Notes: generated from the letters alone by a model not told the origin. Counted from the stretch's first letter, positions 9,068 through 19,788 are shown. The stretch is 64,000 nucleotides of DNA from Thermoplasmata archaeon (GCA_002727675.1 PBXQ01000073.1:31272-95271), one strand, 5' to 3'. Program-made: numbers and translations.

Positions 9068-12000
9068 ATGATGAAAATGAATGAACGCATGAGCAGTTTT
9101 TTACTTGTCACATTATTTGTGATGAGTTCCATGTCTGTTCTTGTTACTTTTGCCCCAGAGGTTGATGCTGCGAATAATACTACTAGTGGTGTGATTACTG
9201 GGACTGAGACTTGGCAAGGGAGTCATAGTTTGACTGGAGATGTAGAAATTGCGCCAGGAGCTAAATTAATCATTCAGCCTGGTTCAACCATTACATTTCA
9301 AAATGGTACTTTCCTAAATGTAAAAGGCAATTTATGTGCTGGTGATACATCTTGCGGTGCTAGTGGGATGGCAAGTAATTCTAGTAGAATTAAATTTATT
9401 TGGGCAACTCCTGCTAATCAATCAGCCCAGGGTCGCTGCTATTCATTGATTAACCCATCTAGTGGTCAACCATTGTACAACCCTGATCCTTCTTGTTTTG
9501 AAGGCGTATTAGTTCAAGATACAATTGATATCGCTCAAACAAAATTTAACCATGTTACAATTGAGAATGCATATGGGATGCCTCGTTATGTTTCTGATAT
9601 ACAAGAAATTCGTTGGGGTTCATTTATTTTAGATGGTGCTAGCCCATTAGTAACTGAAATTAATTTTAACAATATTAATACCTCTAGTGCATTGATTTTG
9701 GATTTGGCATCTCCTACATTTAATGGAGGTACTTTCCAAGTAGGTTCTGAAGAGGCAATAGAGGGATTAGCCGGTAACGCCGTTCAAGTTTGGGGTGCGG
9801 GTACTCCAAATGACCCTGTTTTGTTCCAAAGTCCCATCTTTACAGGTACTGATAAGGGATGTTCATCCCAGGATAATGGGCGTCACGTAATTTGGGTACA
9901 GTCATCATTTACAGATATTGATCATGGCGTTGTTGCTAGCGGTGATTATGGTTTTAGATATACAGATTCTGCAGGTAATTTATCTTATAACACCATATCT
10001 ACAGATTGTAATGGCATAGACATAAATGGTCGCCGTTCAATGTTATCAACTGATTATCAATTAGAGGTTTTTGGTAACGCAATTACCACTGCCGACAATT
10101 CACCGGTAACTGCTTATGATGCCGCTTATGCACTTATATCATCTAATACGATGTCTGGCGCAGAACAGGCTTCAGGAATTCAGGTGGTGTCAGATCCTTA
10201 TACTGGTCCTACAGAGGTACGAATTACCAATAATGACATAGGGCCAATTACTGGTTATAATGGAATTTGGGGTGTAGGTTCATTTGACATGATGGTGGAT
10301 AACAACACAATTCATGAAATTAATCGTGAGCCGATTATTGTTGGTGAATACCATTACACAGACTCTGGATGGCAGGTGTCTAGTCCGCATCCAGCAAGGG
10401 CTACAATTGTTGATAATGTAATTACTAATGTCACAGGAACTTGTGATTCAGACAAGGTTTGGGGTGAATCATTTGCTTGCCCTGCATTCCATGTTTATCG
10501 TTCTAGTGCAACAATAAAGAGAAATAATGTTTCTGAAATTGCTGGTGATGCTATTCGTGCAGTTGGGTCATTAATTGATGTTCAAGATAATGATTTTTCA
10601 GTAGCTGGCGAAGGAGCTAAAGTTGTTGATCACAAACATGAATATACATCTTTAGCATTCTTTTCAGGAAATAATTGGATTGATGTTGCAGAAATTGTAT
10701 ATAATGTTACTAAGAGTTCTGTAACCGTACAATCAGAGACAATCCCGTCACTATCTGGTGGTGGCGCTATGCCAATCCAATTGGTTTGGGATAGAGGGCA
10801 AGCATATGAGTACAATAATTGGGACAACAAAGTATTGTTGCCTCCAACAACTTCTATGCCTCCTTTAGATTTCCCATTATCACTTCAAGCTGCAAATAAT
10901 TCAACTGTTTTCACCTATGCTAATATGTCAGGTCTTTCACTATCTAAAATTCAGATTGCCCCTGGCTCTCCAAGTATTTGGCAAGTTCAGGTACGTGAGG
11001 CGTCACTTGTTCGCATTAGAGCAACAGTAGGGGGAGTTAGAGTTCCTGATGCTACGATAATGATTGAGGATGCTCACGGTAATGATATTTATAACATGCA
11101 AACTGACTCTCAAGGTTTTGCTCCTTGGGTTGCTCTTCCATCTGATTTCCATTTAGATATCAGAGGGAATGGAAATAACCCTGATGGTTTTGCAGATGAT
11201 GAGGGCGAAAATTCCTGTTCTGATGGTATCGATAATGATGGTGATTTGTTATATGATTCTAATGATCCTGATTGCAATCAAGGTAGTTCTGTTCGTGAAC
11301 TTTCGATGTACTATGTGACTGCTTATAAATTTGGTAAAGGTTATCATAGGTCAACATTTAATTTGACTGGGATTAATTATGAGGATACCCTTTCAATGTC
11401 TAATCTTGCCCCTTCGTTATTGGTTACTCAAGAGGATGGCCATTCATTCAAGAGAACAATAAATTTCACAGGTTATGCTTGGGATGGTAATATTGGTACT
11501 GGGGTATTTTCCAGTGACGAACTTGCACGTTGGTCTCAACAAGGGGCAGTTCAAAGAATTGAAGTCAAAACACCAGACTCTAGTTCTTGGCAGGATTTTA
11601 GGTATGCAGTTGATGATAGTGGTTCAAATGGAGAAGTAACTTACAATAACAGGCCATTTAAAAATTGGTATTTCTCTTACAATATGGAGGATCAACCAGA
11701 GGGTGACTATACATTTGATTTCAGAGCTTATGATGGGGTTGAATACAGCCCAATTGTTACTAGGACAATAAAATTGAACGTTAACCCACCTAGTATTAAT
11801 GTCATTACCCCCGTAAATAATTCTGTTCATTCTACTGGTACGGTGCTATTTACTGGTGGTGCAATGGATGGATATAATGGGGCTATCAATGACATACAAG
11901 AGATTCATTTCCAGATGTCTAGTCCATCTTGGTCTACAACGACTACCACGATTTCCCGTTCTGTAGACAGTCAAGGAAATCCGATTGGAAGTCTAACTTC

Positions 12001-13447
12001 TTGGTCTTGGGAATGGAATTTCTCAGGTATGCCAAAGAATCGTGAGGTGTGGACTTTTACTATTTGGGCTTCCGATTCGGGATATTGTACTGAAACGGTG
12101 GATATCTGTACGCCTGTAACTTTGATGTTGGATATAGATAATGCTAATGCTGCTCCTGTAATTTCACTATTAGCGCCATATAACGATGAAGTAATTACAG
12201 CAGCAGAAGACACCATGATTGCAGGAATTGCACGTGATACCGATGGTGAAGTGAAAAGAGTGGAAATAAAGATATTAGATCCTCAAAATGGGATGATGGA
12301 GTTGCCAAATTCACCTCCTTCGGTTAATAATATAGCTCCTAATGGTCAATGGAGCACAACTTGGGATACGAGATATCTAATCCATGATTTCCATTATTTG
12401 ATTAGCGCACGTTCTTATGATGGTAAATCAGGGGGTTATAGCGCTTGGGATCAAGTAGAGATTATAATTCACAATCCGCCTGATTCAGATAACCGTGCAC
12501 CTATTTTCAATAGTTCTGGTTGGGTAAATGAAGTGATAATTTTCTGTGAAGAGAATAGTGAAGCTTTGGAAAGGTGTGGGAACGGAGGTTCGATTGAAGT
12601 TTCGCCTTATTTCAGTGACCCCGATGGAGACTCACTTGATTTCGATGTTTGGGACGATCCAGATGTAATTGCCAATAGTGATTTTGAGCACGATCAAAGG
12701 TGTTATGATTTAATTTCAGTAGATATTTATGGTAAGGCAACTTATGATCCTGTTTCAATGTCTTTCCTAAATGCTGACATGGACACTTGGTCATGCGAGG
12801 GAATGAAATTCATTGCCAAAGATGGTTCTAGTACTGCTTATAGTATGAATGTAGATTTTATTGTTAGGGCAGTATCATTTACCGCTGAAAGAACCGATGG
12901 AATATCTGAATTAGGTGATGATGAAATAGTAATTTTCTCTGGTCAGGGGAGGCCTGGGATTGAGGTTGTAGCGCGCTCAAGTAATACTGGACTTAGACTG
13001 AATAATACAATTGTTGACGATAATGGTACATGGACAATGGCCATAAAAGTCAAAAATTTGGAGAATGGATTGAATAATATTAATTTTGTTTATGATAAAA
13101 AAGATACTGGCAAGTCAATATCTGTTCAAGTTGGCTCTGTTGATGATGATAGCGGTCTTGGATGGATTTTATGGGCTTTAATTTCAGTAATATCATTAGT
13201 AGTACTTGCCGGGGTATTCTTCTTCTTCTTTGTTGAATTTGAAGAAGAGCCCGATGTGGATTTACCTCAGGGGAGTCAGGTGGTTGAAGAAGACCCATAT
13301 GCATGGGGTAAAACAAATCAGCAACAAGCTACGGCTTCAGCGCCGGCGACCGCCCAACAGGTCGCTCAGCCTGCAGCTGCGCCTCAACCAAGTTATCCTG
13401 GCTGGAAGTGGGATCCAGAAAGTAATCAGTGGATACCTGATCAATGA
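9068..13447 (+). CDS. Large secreted, C-terminally anchored protein: right-handed beta-helix (pectin-lyase-like) region, Cys/Asp metal-binding motif, Ig-like domains
   Basis: Signal peptide; LTGDVEIAPGAKLIIQPG start; repeated I-x-N-N-x-I turns; CSDGIDNDGDLLYDSNDPDC; Ig-like repeats (NxAPxI, AxDxDG); TM near the C-terminus; Trp-rich tail. Confidence 0.75.
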   Translation: MMKMNERMSSFLLVTLFVMSSMSVLVTFAPEVDAANNTTSGVITGTETWQGSHSLTGDVEIAPGAKLIIQPGSTITFQNGTFLNVKGNLCAGDTSCGASGMASNSSRIKFIWATPANQSAQGRCYSLINPSSGQPLYNPDPSCFEGVLVQDTIDIAQTKFNHVTIENAYGMPRYVSDIQEIRWGSFILDGASPLVTEINFNNINTSSALILDLASPTFNGGTFQVGSEEAIEGLAGNAVQVWGAGTPNDPVLFQSPIFTGTDKGCSSQDNGRHVIWVQSSFTDIDHGVVASGDYGFRYTDSAGNLSYNTISTDCNGIDINGRRSMLSTDYQLEVFGNAITTADNSPVTAYDAAYALISSNTMSGAEQASGIQVVSDPYTGPTEVRITNNDIGPITGYNGIWGVGSFDMMVDNNTIHEINREPIIVGEYHYTDSGWQVSSPHPARATIVDNVITNVTGTCDSDKVWGESFACPAFHVYRSSATIKRNNVSEIAGDAIRAVGSLIDVQDNDFSVAGEGAKVVDHKHEYTSLAFFSGNNWIDVAEIVYNVTKSSVTVQSETIPSLSGGGAMPIQLVWDRGQAYEYNNWDNKVLLPPTTSMPPLDFPLSLQAANNSTVFTYANMSGLSLSKIQIAPGSPSIWQVQVREASLVRIRATVGGVRVPDATIMIEDAHGNDIYNMQTDSQGFAPWVALPSDFHLDIRGNGNNPDGFADDEGENSCSDGIDNDGDLLYDSNDPDCNQGSSVRELSMYYVTAYKFGKGYHRSTFNLTGINYEDTLSMSNLAPSLLVTQEDGHSFKRTINFTGYAWDGNIGTGVFSSDELARWSQQGAVQRIEVKTPDSSSWQDFRYAVDDSGSNGEVTYNNRPFKNWYFSYNMEDQPEGDYTFDFRAYDGVEYSPIVTRTIKLNVNPPSINVITPVNNSVHSTGTVLFTGGAMDGYNGAINDIQEIHFQMSSPSWSTTTTTISRSVDSQGNPIGSLTSWSWEWNFSGMPKNREVWTFTIWASDSGYCTETVDICTPVTLMLDIDNANAAPVISLLAPYNDEVITAAEDTMIAGIARDTDGEVKRVEIKILDPQNGMMELPNSPPSVNNIAPNGQWSTTWDTRYLIHDFHYLISARSYDGKSGGYSAWDQVEIIIHNPPDSDNRAPIFNSSGWVNEVIIFCEENSEALERCGNGGSIEVSPYFSDPDGDSLDFDVWDDPDVIANSDFEHDQRCYDLISVDIYGKATYDPVSMSFLNADMDTWSCEGMKFIAKDGSSTAYSMNVDFIVRAVSFTAERTDGISELGDDEIVIFSGQGRPGIEVVARSSNTGLRLNNTIVDDNGTWTMAIKVKNLENGLNNINFVYDKKDTGKSISVQVGSVDDDSGLGWILWALISVISLVVLAGVFFFFFVEFEEEPDVDLPQGSQVVEEDPYAWGKTNQQQATASAPATAQQVAQPAAAPQPSYPGWKWDPESNQWIPDQ

Positions 13448-13508
13448 TTAAATCATTCAACCGTAACTATTGAATGCTAGTGGGGAAAACATAGTAGGTG
13501 GTGGAATA

Positions 13509-16028
13509 ATGGTAGTTGCTAAACCGGGTGTGCAAGAGAGGATTCTATTGCATCTTAGGGATTATGGGGATTATTCAGGAAAAGTGGAAGTGCCTTTTGC
13601 TTTATCTCAAATGGGGATTGCAAATGCTGTTGCAATAGCTAGGAGTAATGTCCCAAGAGCTATTGCTGGATTGAAAGACCAAGGTTTGTTGATTGAAAGG
13701 CAAACTCATGTTACAGGAGTTACTAGGAAGAGGAAGGCGTATTTCTTGACTGACTCTGGTATGATTGTCTCTGAGGAGACGTGGGAACGACTTTCTAGCC
13801 ATCCTGTTAGATTAATTGGAAATGATGGAAATACCATTAATACAACATTATCCAAAGCAATTGAGACCACTCCGTTTACCATTCGTGCAGTTGACGTCAT
13901 ACGTTACATGGATGATACTGGACTAGTAGACTTACGTTCATTAAATCCCGAATTAATAGAACGTGATTTGTCTAAACATGTAGAAAAGCAACTTGTAACT
14001 TCATTGGAGGATTTGCCTAGATTACGAAGTTTCTATGGCCGAAATAATGAACTAAAGACAATGGTAGATTTACTTAGTGCTCGTTCAACAACGATCCTTG
14101 TTCCGGGTATAGCAGGGATTGGAAAAACTGCCCTTGCTGGAAAATTGATTGAAACCTTTACTCATCAGAGAAATTTATTGTACCATAGAGTGCAAGATTG
14201 GGAGGGTTCTAGGGCCTTTTTAGAGGCATGTGGGGAATGGTTGGCAGCAATAGGTGATGATGCATTGTCAGCATACCTTACTGCTACTCCTGTTCCATCA
14301 GCACAAATGGCAGTTGATTTGATTGTAGATGCATTGGCCGAGGTTGCAGCATTAATTGTGATAGATGATTTACATAAAGTAGCAGATGATGTTCTTTATG
14401 CTGTCATTAGGGGTTTGAATCAACGTATAGATGACATGGATGAAACAGGATTAATTCTCTTCTCTCGTTCATTTAAGGAAGTTGTCCCACTTAGGGATGC
14501 AGAGGGTAAAATCACTACACTAGTAGTCCCTCTTGATGGGTTAGATAGGGAGGCTTGCAGAAATTTATTACCCTCGTTAGATCCAGTTGATGAAGTTACA
14601 TACCAACATATTTACGGCCTTTCTCGTGGACATCCTTTAGTTCTAAATTTAATCAATCGTGGTTCTATTGGTACCACATTTTACGAAACATTGGAAATGT
14701 ATGTTGAGAAAGAAATTTTTAGCAAATTATCAGGTGCTGAAAAGCGTTTATTAGGTGCCTTGGCAGTTTTCCGAGAACCAATGCCTTTGGAGGCGTTAAG
14801 TGGCGATGATTTGGAAACAGATTTGCTAGATGATTTGGTTGAGAAAGGCTTGGCAAGGCAAGCAGATTCTGAGATGTATGATGTTCACGATTTAATTCGA
14901 GAATTCCTTACAAGATCCTTAGATATTGGTACAAATAATGAACTGCATGCTAAAGCAGTTGAGTGGTATAGGACTAGAAGAAATAGACCAGAGGAAAAAA
15001 TTGAGTTTCTTTTCCATCTTTCTCATTCAGGAGATTCAGAAGAACTGGGTGAAAAGTTATCTGTGATGGGTGCAGAATTGGTTCAAGCGGGTCACATGGA
15101 ATTATTTTCCATTCTTGATTCAGTTGAGATGGAATCAGTAGGAGAAAAATCGTGGCCAATTATTCTTGAATTGAAATCAAATATTTTGTCCATGCAGGGG
15201 CGTTGGACTGAGGCCGAAGAGCACTATAACCAAGCTATTAATATGCTTGGATCAACAAAAAAAGAGGAATTGATGAGGGCCAGAATCAAATCAAGTTTAG
15301 CAGATATTTCAGTTACAATTGGCAATGTCGATGATGCTCTAAATTTACATAAGGAGGCATTGAGTTCTTTTATCAAATTGAATGATCCACGTGGTGCTGC
15401 TCGTACTTACAATAACATGGGCTACATTTATCGCAGAAAAAGAGATGAAAAGAGGGCATTGGAAGTATATGCGAATGTGGAAAAATTATTGGATTCAGAA
15501 GATGACCCCGATTTGGTTGAGTCACGAATTAAATTAGCATCAGCATTTTTGGAAATGGGTGAACTAGATCGTGCTAAAGATCACGCTTTTAGTGCCCACG
15601 ATGAAACTTCAGAAGGGGGGGATGCCGTGCTTCATGCTAGGGCGAGGGCAGTCCTTGGACGTTATTATTCTAAAACAGGTGATCCCGAGCTTGCTTTGCA
15701 CCATTATTCCGAGGCCTTGGGGGGTTTATCTGAGCAATCTGATAGTCATGCTGAAGTTGAAATCACTTTATTATTAGGTGAAGTATTAGTTGATAATGGG
15801 CGCAGGGATGAGGCCTTGGAATGTTACCGTGACGCCTTAGTTTTAGCAGAGTCTAATGATTACAGGATGCTAATTGGTGAGTTGCTTGCGAGGTTAGGAG
15901 AAGCAGCACCTGATAAAAGTCGTAGGATGGAATATTTGCAACGTTCATTGACAGTGTTTCGTGAGTTAGGTGCAAATTATAGGATGAGGGATATACAAAC
16001 TAAAGTGCATAGAGCCCTAATGGGTTAA
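13509..16028 (+). CDS. STAND (NB-ARC/MalT-like) NTPase with N-terminal winged HTH and C-terminal TPR repeats
   Basis: ATG 13509 preceded by AGGTGGTGG. HTH LSQMGIANAVAIARSNVPRAI; FYGR; Walker A GIAGIGKT (14106-14129); Walker B LIVIDDLH; GHPL (GxP); VHDLIRE (MHD-like); TPRs such as ARTYNNMGYIY. Confidence 0.88.
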   Translation: MVVAKPGVQERILLHLRDYGDYSGKVEVPFALSQMGIANAVAIARSNVPRAIAGLKDQGLLIERQTHVTGVTRKRKAYFLTDSGMIVSEETWERLSSHPVRLIGNDGNTINTTLSKAIETTPFTIRAVDVIRYMDDTGLVDLRSLNPELIERDLSKHVEKQLVTSLEDLPRLRSFYGRNNELKTMVDLLSARSTTILVPGIAGIGKTALAGKLIETFTHQRNLLYHRVQDWEGSRAFLEACGEWLAAIGDDALSAYLTATPVPSAQMAVDLIVDALAEVAALIVIDDLHKVADDVLYAVIRGLNQRIDDMDETGLILFSRSFKEVVPLRDAEGKITTLVVPLDGLDREACRNLLPSLDPVDEVTYQHIYGLSRGHPLVLNLINRGSIGTTFYETLEMYVEKEIFSKLSGAEKRLLGALAVFREPMPLEALSGDDLETDLLDDLVEKGLARQADSEMYDVHDLIREFLTRSLDIGTNNELHAKAVEWYRTRRNRPEEKIEFLFHLSHSGDSEELGEKLSVMGAELVQAGHMELFSILDSVEMESVGEKSWPIILELKSNILSMQGRWTEAEEHYNQAINMLGSTKKEELMRARIKSSLADISVTIGNVDDALNLHKEALSSFIKLNDPRGAARTYNNMGYIYRRKRDEKRALEVYANVEKLLDSEDDPDLVESRIKLASAFLEMGELDRAKDHAFSAHDETSEGGDAVLHARARAVLGRYYSKTGDPELALHHYSEALGGLSEQSDSHAEVEITLLLGEVLVDNGRRDEALECYRDALVLAESNDYRMLIGELLARLGEAAPDKSRRMEYLQRSLTVFRELGANYRMRDIQTKVHRALMG

Positions 16029-16504
16029 AATCCTGGTTGATTGGTTGTGATTACAACTTTATTATCTTGCATTACTACCCATATTTGTTCTATTCCTGCT
16101 AGTTCTACTTCTCCTGAATGAAATGTATTTCCTGTCGAAGATATGTCTCTAGTTGCTTTTAGGTTAGCACTATGATCTTGCATTATTAGTCCATCATCTG
16201 TCAACAACATTCTGAATTCGAGATTTACTGCATTTGAAAGTAGTAAATCGACTGGTTCAGCGTAGGTGATGTTTCCATCTAATCTGCTAGCAACATCGGC
16301 CCTTTCAATTGCAGCAGCGACAGAGTCTAGGTTTTCTTCCATAGCCTGTTCCATCCAAACATCTCCTCTAGCATCTTGCATTTCCCATGTCCAAACACTG
16401 AAGAATGACATAAAAGATAGCCCAAGTAGGAATGTAAGTACATATCCAATTTCAGTAGCAGCGGCCAACGTATCTCGTTGTAATTTACGATTGATTTTCA
16501 TCAT
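16025..16504 (-). CDS. Small type IV pilin-like protein (minor pilin)
   Basis: Short charged leader then hydrophobic helix (AATEIGYVLTFLLGLSFMSFF); ATGA overlap with the upstream gene. Confidence 0.6.
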   Translation of the reverse strand: MMKINRKLQRDTLAAATEIGYVLTFLLGLSFMSFFSVWTWEMQDARGDVWMEQAMEENLDSVAAAIERADVASRLDGNITYAEPVDLLLSNAVNLEFRMLLTDDGLIMQDHSANLKATRDISSTGNTFHSGEVELAGIEQIWVVMQDNKVVITTNQPGF

Positions 16505-18723
16505 ACCACCTCTGTAGAAATTGTTAATTGACTTAATTGAAGGTTGAACAGAACAGGTTTTCCTGCTGCATGGTAAATTGCTTCAGAACTAGAATTTGTT
16601 AATTGAACCCAGCCAACATAGTCTTCTAGTCTTTCTATTTGGCCTGGGAAAGTCAGCCAGTCTGAAGAAAAGGCAAGTTCTTGAGAAGACTCAGAAGCAA
16701 TTGCTGAACCATAAGGTCCATCCCATCCTCTTCGTATTTCATGTCCAAGGACTGTTGCAAGTTGCTCTCTTTGGTTTAATTCTACAGTTAAATCAACTTC
16801 ACTGCTTCCTAAAGATGACCCTTGTTCTGGCATGGTTAGTGGTACGGTTACAGCAAGTCTTGGACCAGGTCCTTCCCTTGCAGGCGGGAGTTTCAGGACA
16901 TCTGCTTGAAATTCTGGATGATTGGTTCCAACAAATCCACCCCGGTATCCGATTTCCATTCCTGAAACAGAACTTGTGAATTCATAATTTAATCTTGGTA
17001 GATGAACTCCCCAAGCAGAAGCCAGTGTGTAAAGCGGATCTCCATTATTTGGTCCCAATGCTTGAATAGATATTCCTAGAGGGTGTGTTCCATCATTCCA
17101 TGCTTCTTTGATTTGAGTATTTGAATGCATAGACATGTCTTTCCAGGGTAAAGTTACTTGAATCCATCCTGAAGCCCTATAGCCTATTGGTTGGCATCTT
17201 TCAAATCCATCGTGGTTTAATTCCATCATTCCATCATTACCGGCAACAGAAATTAATCTAAAGGGTGCATCATTTAGTATATCAGTAGTGTTAACCGAAG
17301 TGCGTACAAGATTTGATGCAATGGGTGAAAGAGTCACAACACGGCTATTTTTTGAATCATTAAATGCTAAGTGTGGTGTTTCATTATGTCCTAAATCTGC
17401 TATTAGGTTTAGAGATGTTTCAGGGCTAGCAGGCTGAATGATTACAAATTCATCGCCATTGGAATTAGGTGTTGAGAATGAATGCTCTAAACCACTTGAC
17501 ATACCACTATCAAGGGCAGGTATCATTTCCATAGAACCTGTTCTAAATGTACCTAACATATTTTCAGGCAACCAATGAATTTGAATTGGGCTGTTTGAAA
17601 CTATTTGGTTTGCTTTATCCCATGGAATTCTAGTTGAATCTCTAGCAGGTATGGTGTTGTAAAGGCCGTCTATTTCAATTGCTACTGAACTACTAGATGG
17701 GTTTTCTACCAGTATGCTTCCATTTGCTGCAGGTAGGGAAAATGTTGTTCCTAACCCCCTGCCGTTAACATCAGGCCAGATTGTAGAGCCTGTGTCTTCA
17801 CCCCAGGTCATCATCAATCTTGCCGGAGAACTAGAATGAACTTGTAACACGTCTCCCAATTCTGTATTGAAATTTTTATTCCATGAAGAAATTTCACCAT
17901 CACTAGTTGCTGTCCCATTTGATGAATTTGATGTCCATGTAACTTGAGTTAAATCATCACTTACAAGAAATAGGCTAACTTTCCCAGGGGGTAAAGGGAT
18001 GGTCCATGATCTTCCCATATTATTATCTGGGTTAGCTAAATCGGGTGTAACCAAAGTGGTCCCGCCGTTTCCTCTCAAAAATATTACTTTAAGCGGGCCA
18101 TCAGATGATAACCAATTATCGCCAATGGAGGGATTATATGTGAAATTAGTGTTTAGGACTTCATCTGGTTTGAGAGTAAATTCAATATCATTTCCTTGAT
18201 TATCCAAATAAATAGAAGTGGAATCCAATGGTTGTTGTAGAGTGGTTACAGGTGTGGCCAATACTGTTCCGTTTATTGCAGGTATACGATAATTCCAAAT
18301 GGCATCTTTACTTGCTCGTAAATCTGAAAAGCAAACAGCCGAAACTTCTCCATTTGGGTATCTTAAACGTACAGTATTATCTAAATCTAGTAAGTCATCT
18401 AATCGCAAACTTCCATCTTCAACAAAGGATACAGAATACCATGTCCCCCCTCGTATAAAATCCCAGCCTAATTCTCCACTATGTGGGCGCAAGGGTAGCG
18501 TAGCCGAATCACCTGGCAACCCAGTTTCAGAAATACGTACTGTTTCGTCTGCTAGATCCAACATTTGGCCAGACATGGCTTGCCTTTCAACAGAGCCATG
18601 TTTTTCATTGATTACAGGAGTAATGGTTACCATCATTCCAGAAATAATTGCAAGTACTCCTGCAAATAATAATACTGTTGCGATTGCTGCTGAGACTGCC
18701 TCCTCATCGTATCTTCTTTGCAT
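16501..18723 (-). CDS. Large type IV pilin-like protein with class III signal peptide
   Basis: RRYDEEA|VSAAIATVLLFAGVLAII leader; about 700 aa beta-rich body; TGATG overlap with the upstream gene (ATG 18723; ORF track uses TTG 18726). Confidence 0.72.
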   Translation of the reverse strand: MQRRYDEEAVSAAIATVLLFAGVLAIISGMMVTITPVINEKHGSVERQAMSGQMLDLADETVRISETGLPGDSATLPLRPHSGELGWDFIRGGTWYSVSFVEDGSLRLDDLLDLDNTVRLRYPNGEVSAVCFSDLRASKDAIWNYRIPAINGTVLATPVTTLQQPLDSTSIYLDNQGNDIEFTLKPDEVLNTNFTYNPSIGDNWLSSDGPLKVIFLRGNGGTTLVTPDLANPDNNMGRSWTIPLPPGKVSLFLVSDDLTQVTWTSNSSNGTATSDGEISSWNKNFNTELGDVLQVHSSSPARLMMTWGEDTGSTIWPDVNGRGLGTTFSLPAANGSILVENPSSSSVAIEIDGLYNTIPARDSTRIPWDKANQIVSNSPIQIHWLPENMLGTFRTGSMEMIPALDSGMSSGLEHSFSTPNSNGDEFVIIQPASPETSLNLIADLGHNETPHLAFNDSKNSRVVTLSPIASNLVRTSVNTTDILNDAPFRLISVAGNDGMMELNHDGFERCQPIGYRASGWIQVTLPWKDMSMHSNTQIKEAWNDGTHPLGISIQALGPNNGDPLYTLASAWGVHLPRLNYEFTSSVSGMEIGYRGGFVGTNHPEFQADVLKLPPAREGPGPRLAVTVPLTMPEQGSSLGSSEVDLTVELNQREQLATVLGHEIRRGWDGPYGSAIASESSQELAFSSDWLTFPGQIERLEDYVGWVQLTNSSSEAIYHAAGKPVLFNLQLSQLTISTEVV

Positions 18724-19757
18724 CAATATACCTCCACAGATTGCAAAGTTACTAGGAAATCAAAAGACTTATTCGGTGGGTGTAGTGTTATTCCATCTAG
18801 CCCGGATAATCTGCCATGTGGGCCAAAATCATTGTATTCATCTAATGCATCACCAGCTAGAAATAATTCGTAATCACCAATCCAATGGTGCATGTACTGA
18901 GGTTCTATTATTGGGTCTCCAGCTATTTCAAATTCAATAATTAGATTTCTAGACATTTGGTCAAACAAGGTTTCTTGGCCCTTTGAGTCAATGTGAATAT
19001 TGGTGATGTGCCTACTAGCAAATGATGAGATATCAATATCTAGTAAAATCAAACTGACTCTAGGAGTCCCATCTAACATTATGTCATTGTGCAAACGCGG
19101 GAATTGTCTAACTTCGATAGATTTGGTGGGTAGTTTTTCAATTCTAGCACCATTGACTAAATTAACCTCAAATGATCCATCGCTTAATACATTGTTTAGC
19201 TTAATTCCATCAAGGGTAACTTCAACAAAACGATGTGATTTAACACCATAAATATCTTCTACCTCAATAAATACATTACCAATTAGATTGTCAACCGTAA
19301 AATTTCCTGAGCCATTTTCAATGTTGAAAGTTTGAGTGCTGTTATCATCAGTTACTCTAACAATACTTGCAGTTCTGTTGATGCTAGTTACTGTGACAAG
19401 GTTTCCATCCAAATTAACAATTGTATGATCATCACCACCAATGTCTGCTTGTATTTTCCAAGTTTCTGCATTTCTCAATGGATCCATTGAACGTGCAATT
19501 TGAGCATTTTGCTGAACTAAACCAGAACCTTCAGGTGATTGGGCTGCTATCAGCATTCTATCATTTAATTGGGTGGCTGCTACTGAGCCAGATGACCATT
19601 CACGGTTGTCTCCAATGTCTTCTATAAATGGTCCAATAAGTACGAAAACCCCGCCAATGACAACAATTACCATTGCTAGTAACATGGTGACCCCGAGAAT
19701 CTCGCTGACCGCGTTTTCTCTGTGGCTACCACTCCGCCGCACATAGCGGACTCCCAC
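18723..19757 (-). CDS. Type IV pilin-like protein with class III signal peptide
   Basis: RENA|VSEILGVTMLLAMVIVVIGGV resembles the archaeal pilin N-terminus (AVSxxxG). Confidence 0.75.
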   Translation of the reverse strand: MGVRYVRRSGSHRENAVSEILGVTMLLAMVIVVIGGVFVLIGPFIEDIGDNREWSSGSVAATQLNDRMLIAAQSPEGSGLVQQNAQIARSMDPLRNAETWKIQADIGGDDHTIVNLDGNLVTVTSINRTASIVRVTDDNSTQTFNIENGSGNFTVDNLIGNVFIEVEDIYGVKSHRFVEVTLDGIKLNNVLSDGSFEVNLVNGARIEKLPTKSIEVRQFPRLHNDIMLDGTPRVSLILLDIDISSFASRHITNIHIDSKGQETLFDQMSRNLIIEFEIAGDPIIEPQYMHHWIGDYELFLAGDALDEYNDFGPHGRLSGLDGITLHPPNKSFDFLVTLQSVEVY

Positions 19758-19788
19758 CTCATGTTCTTATGGGTTCGCTGTGGTAAAC

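Noticed and set aside
13509-16028. Avs-type antiviral system
   Set aside because: No toxic effector domain and no defence or mobility genes nearby; kept as a regulator.
18299-18940. 213-aa plus-strand ORF
   Set aside because: Antisense to the pilin-like genes, with no recognisable motifs.
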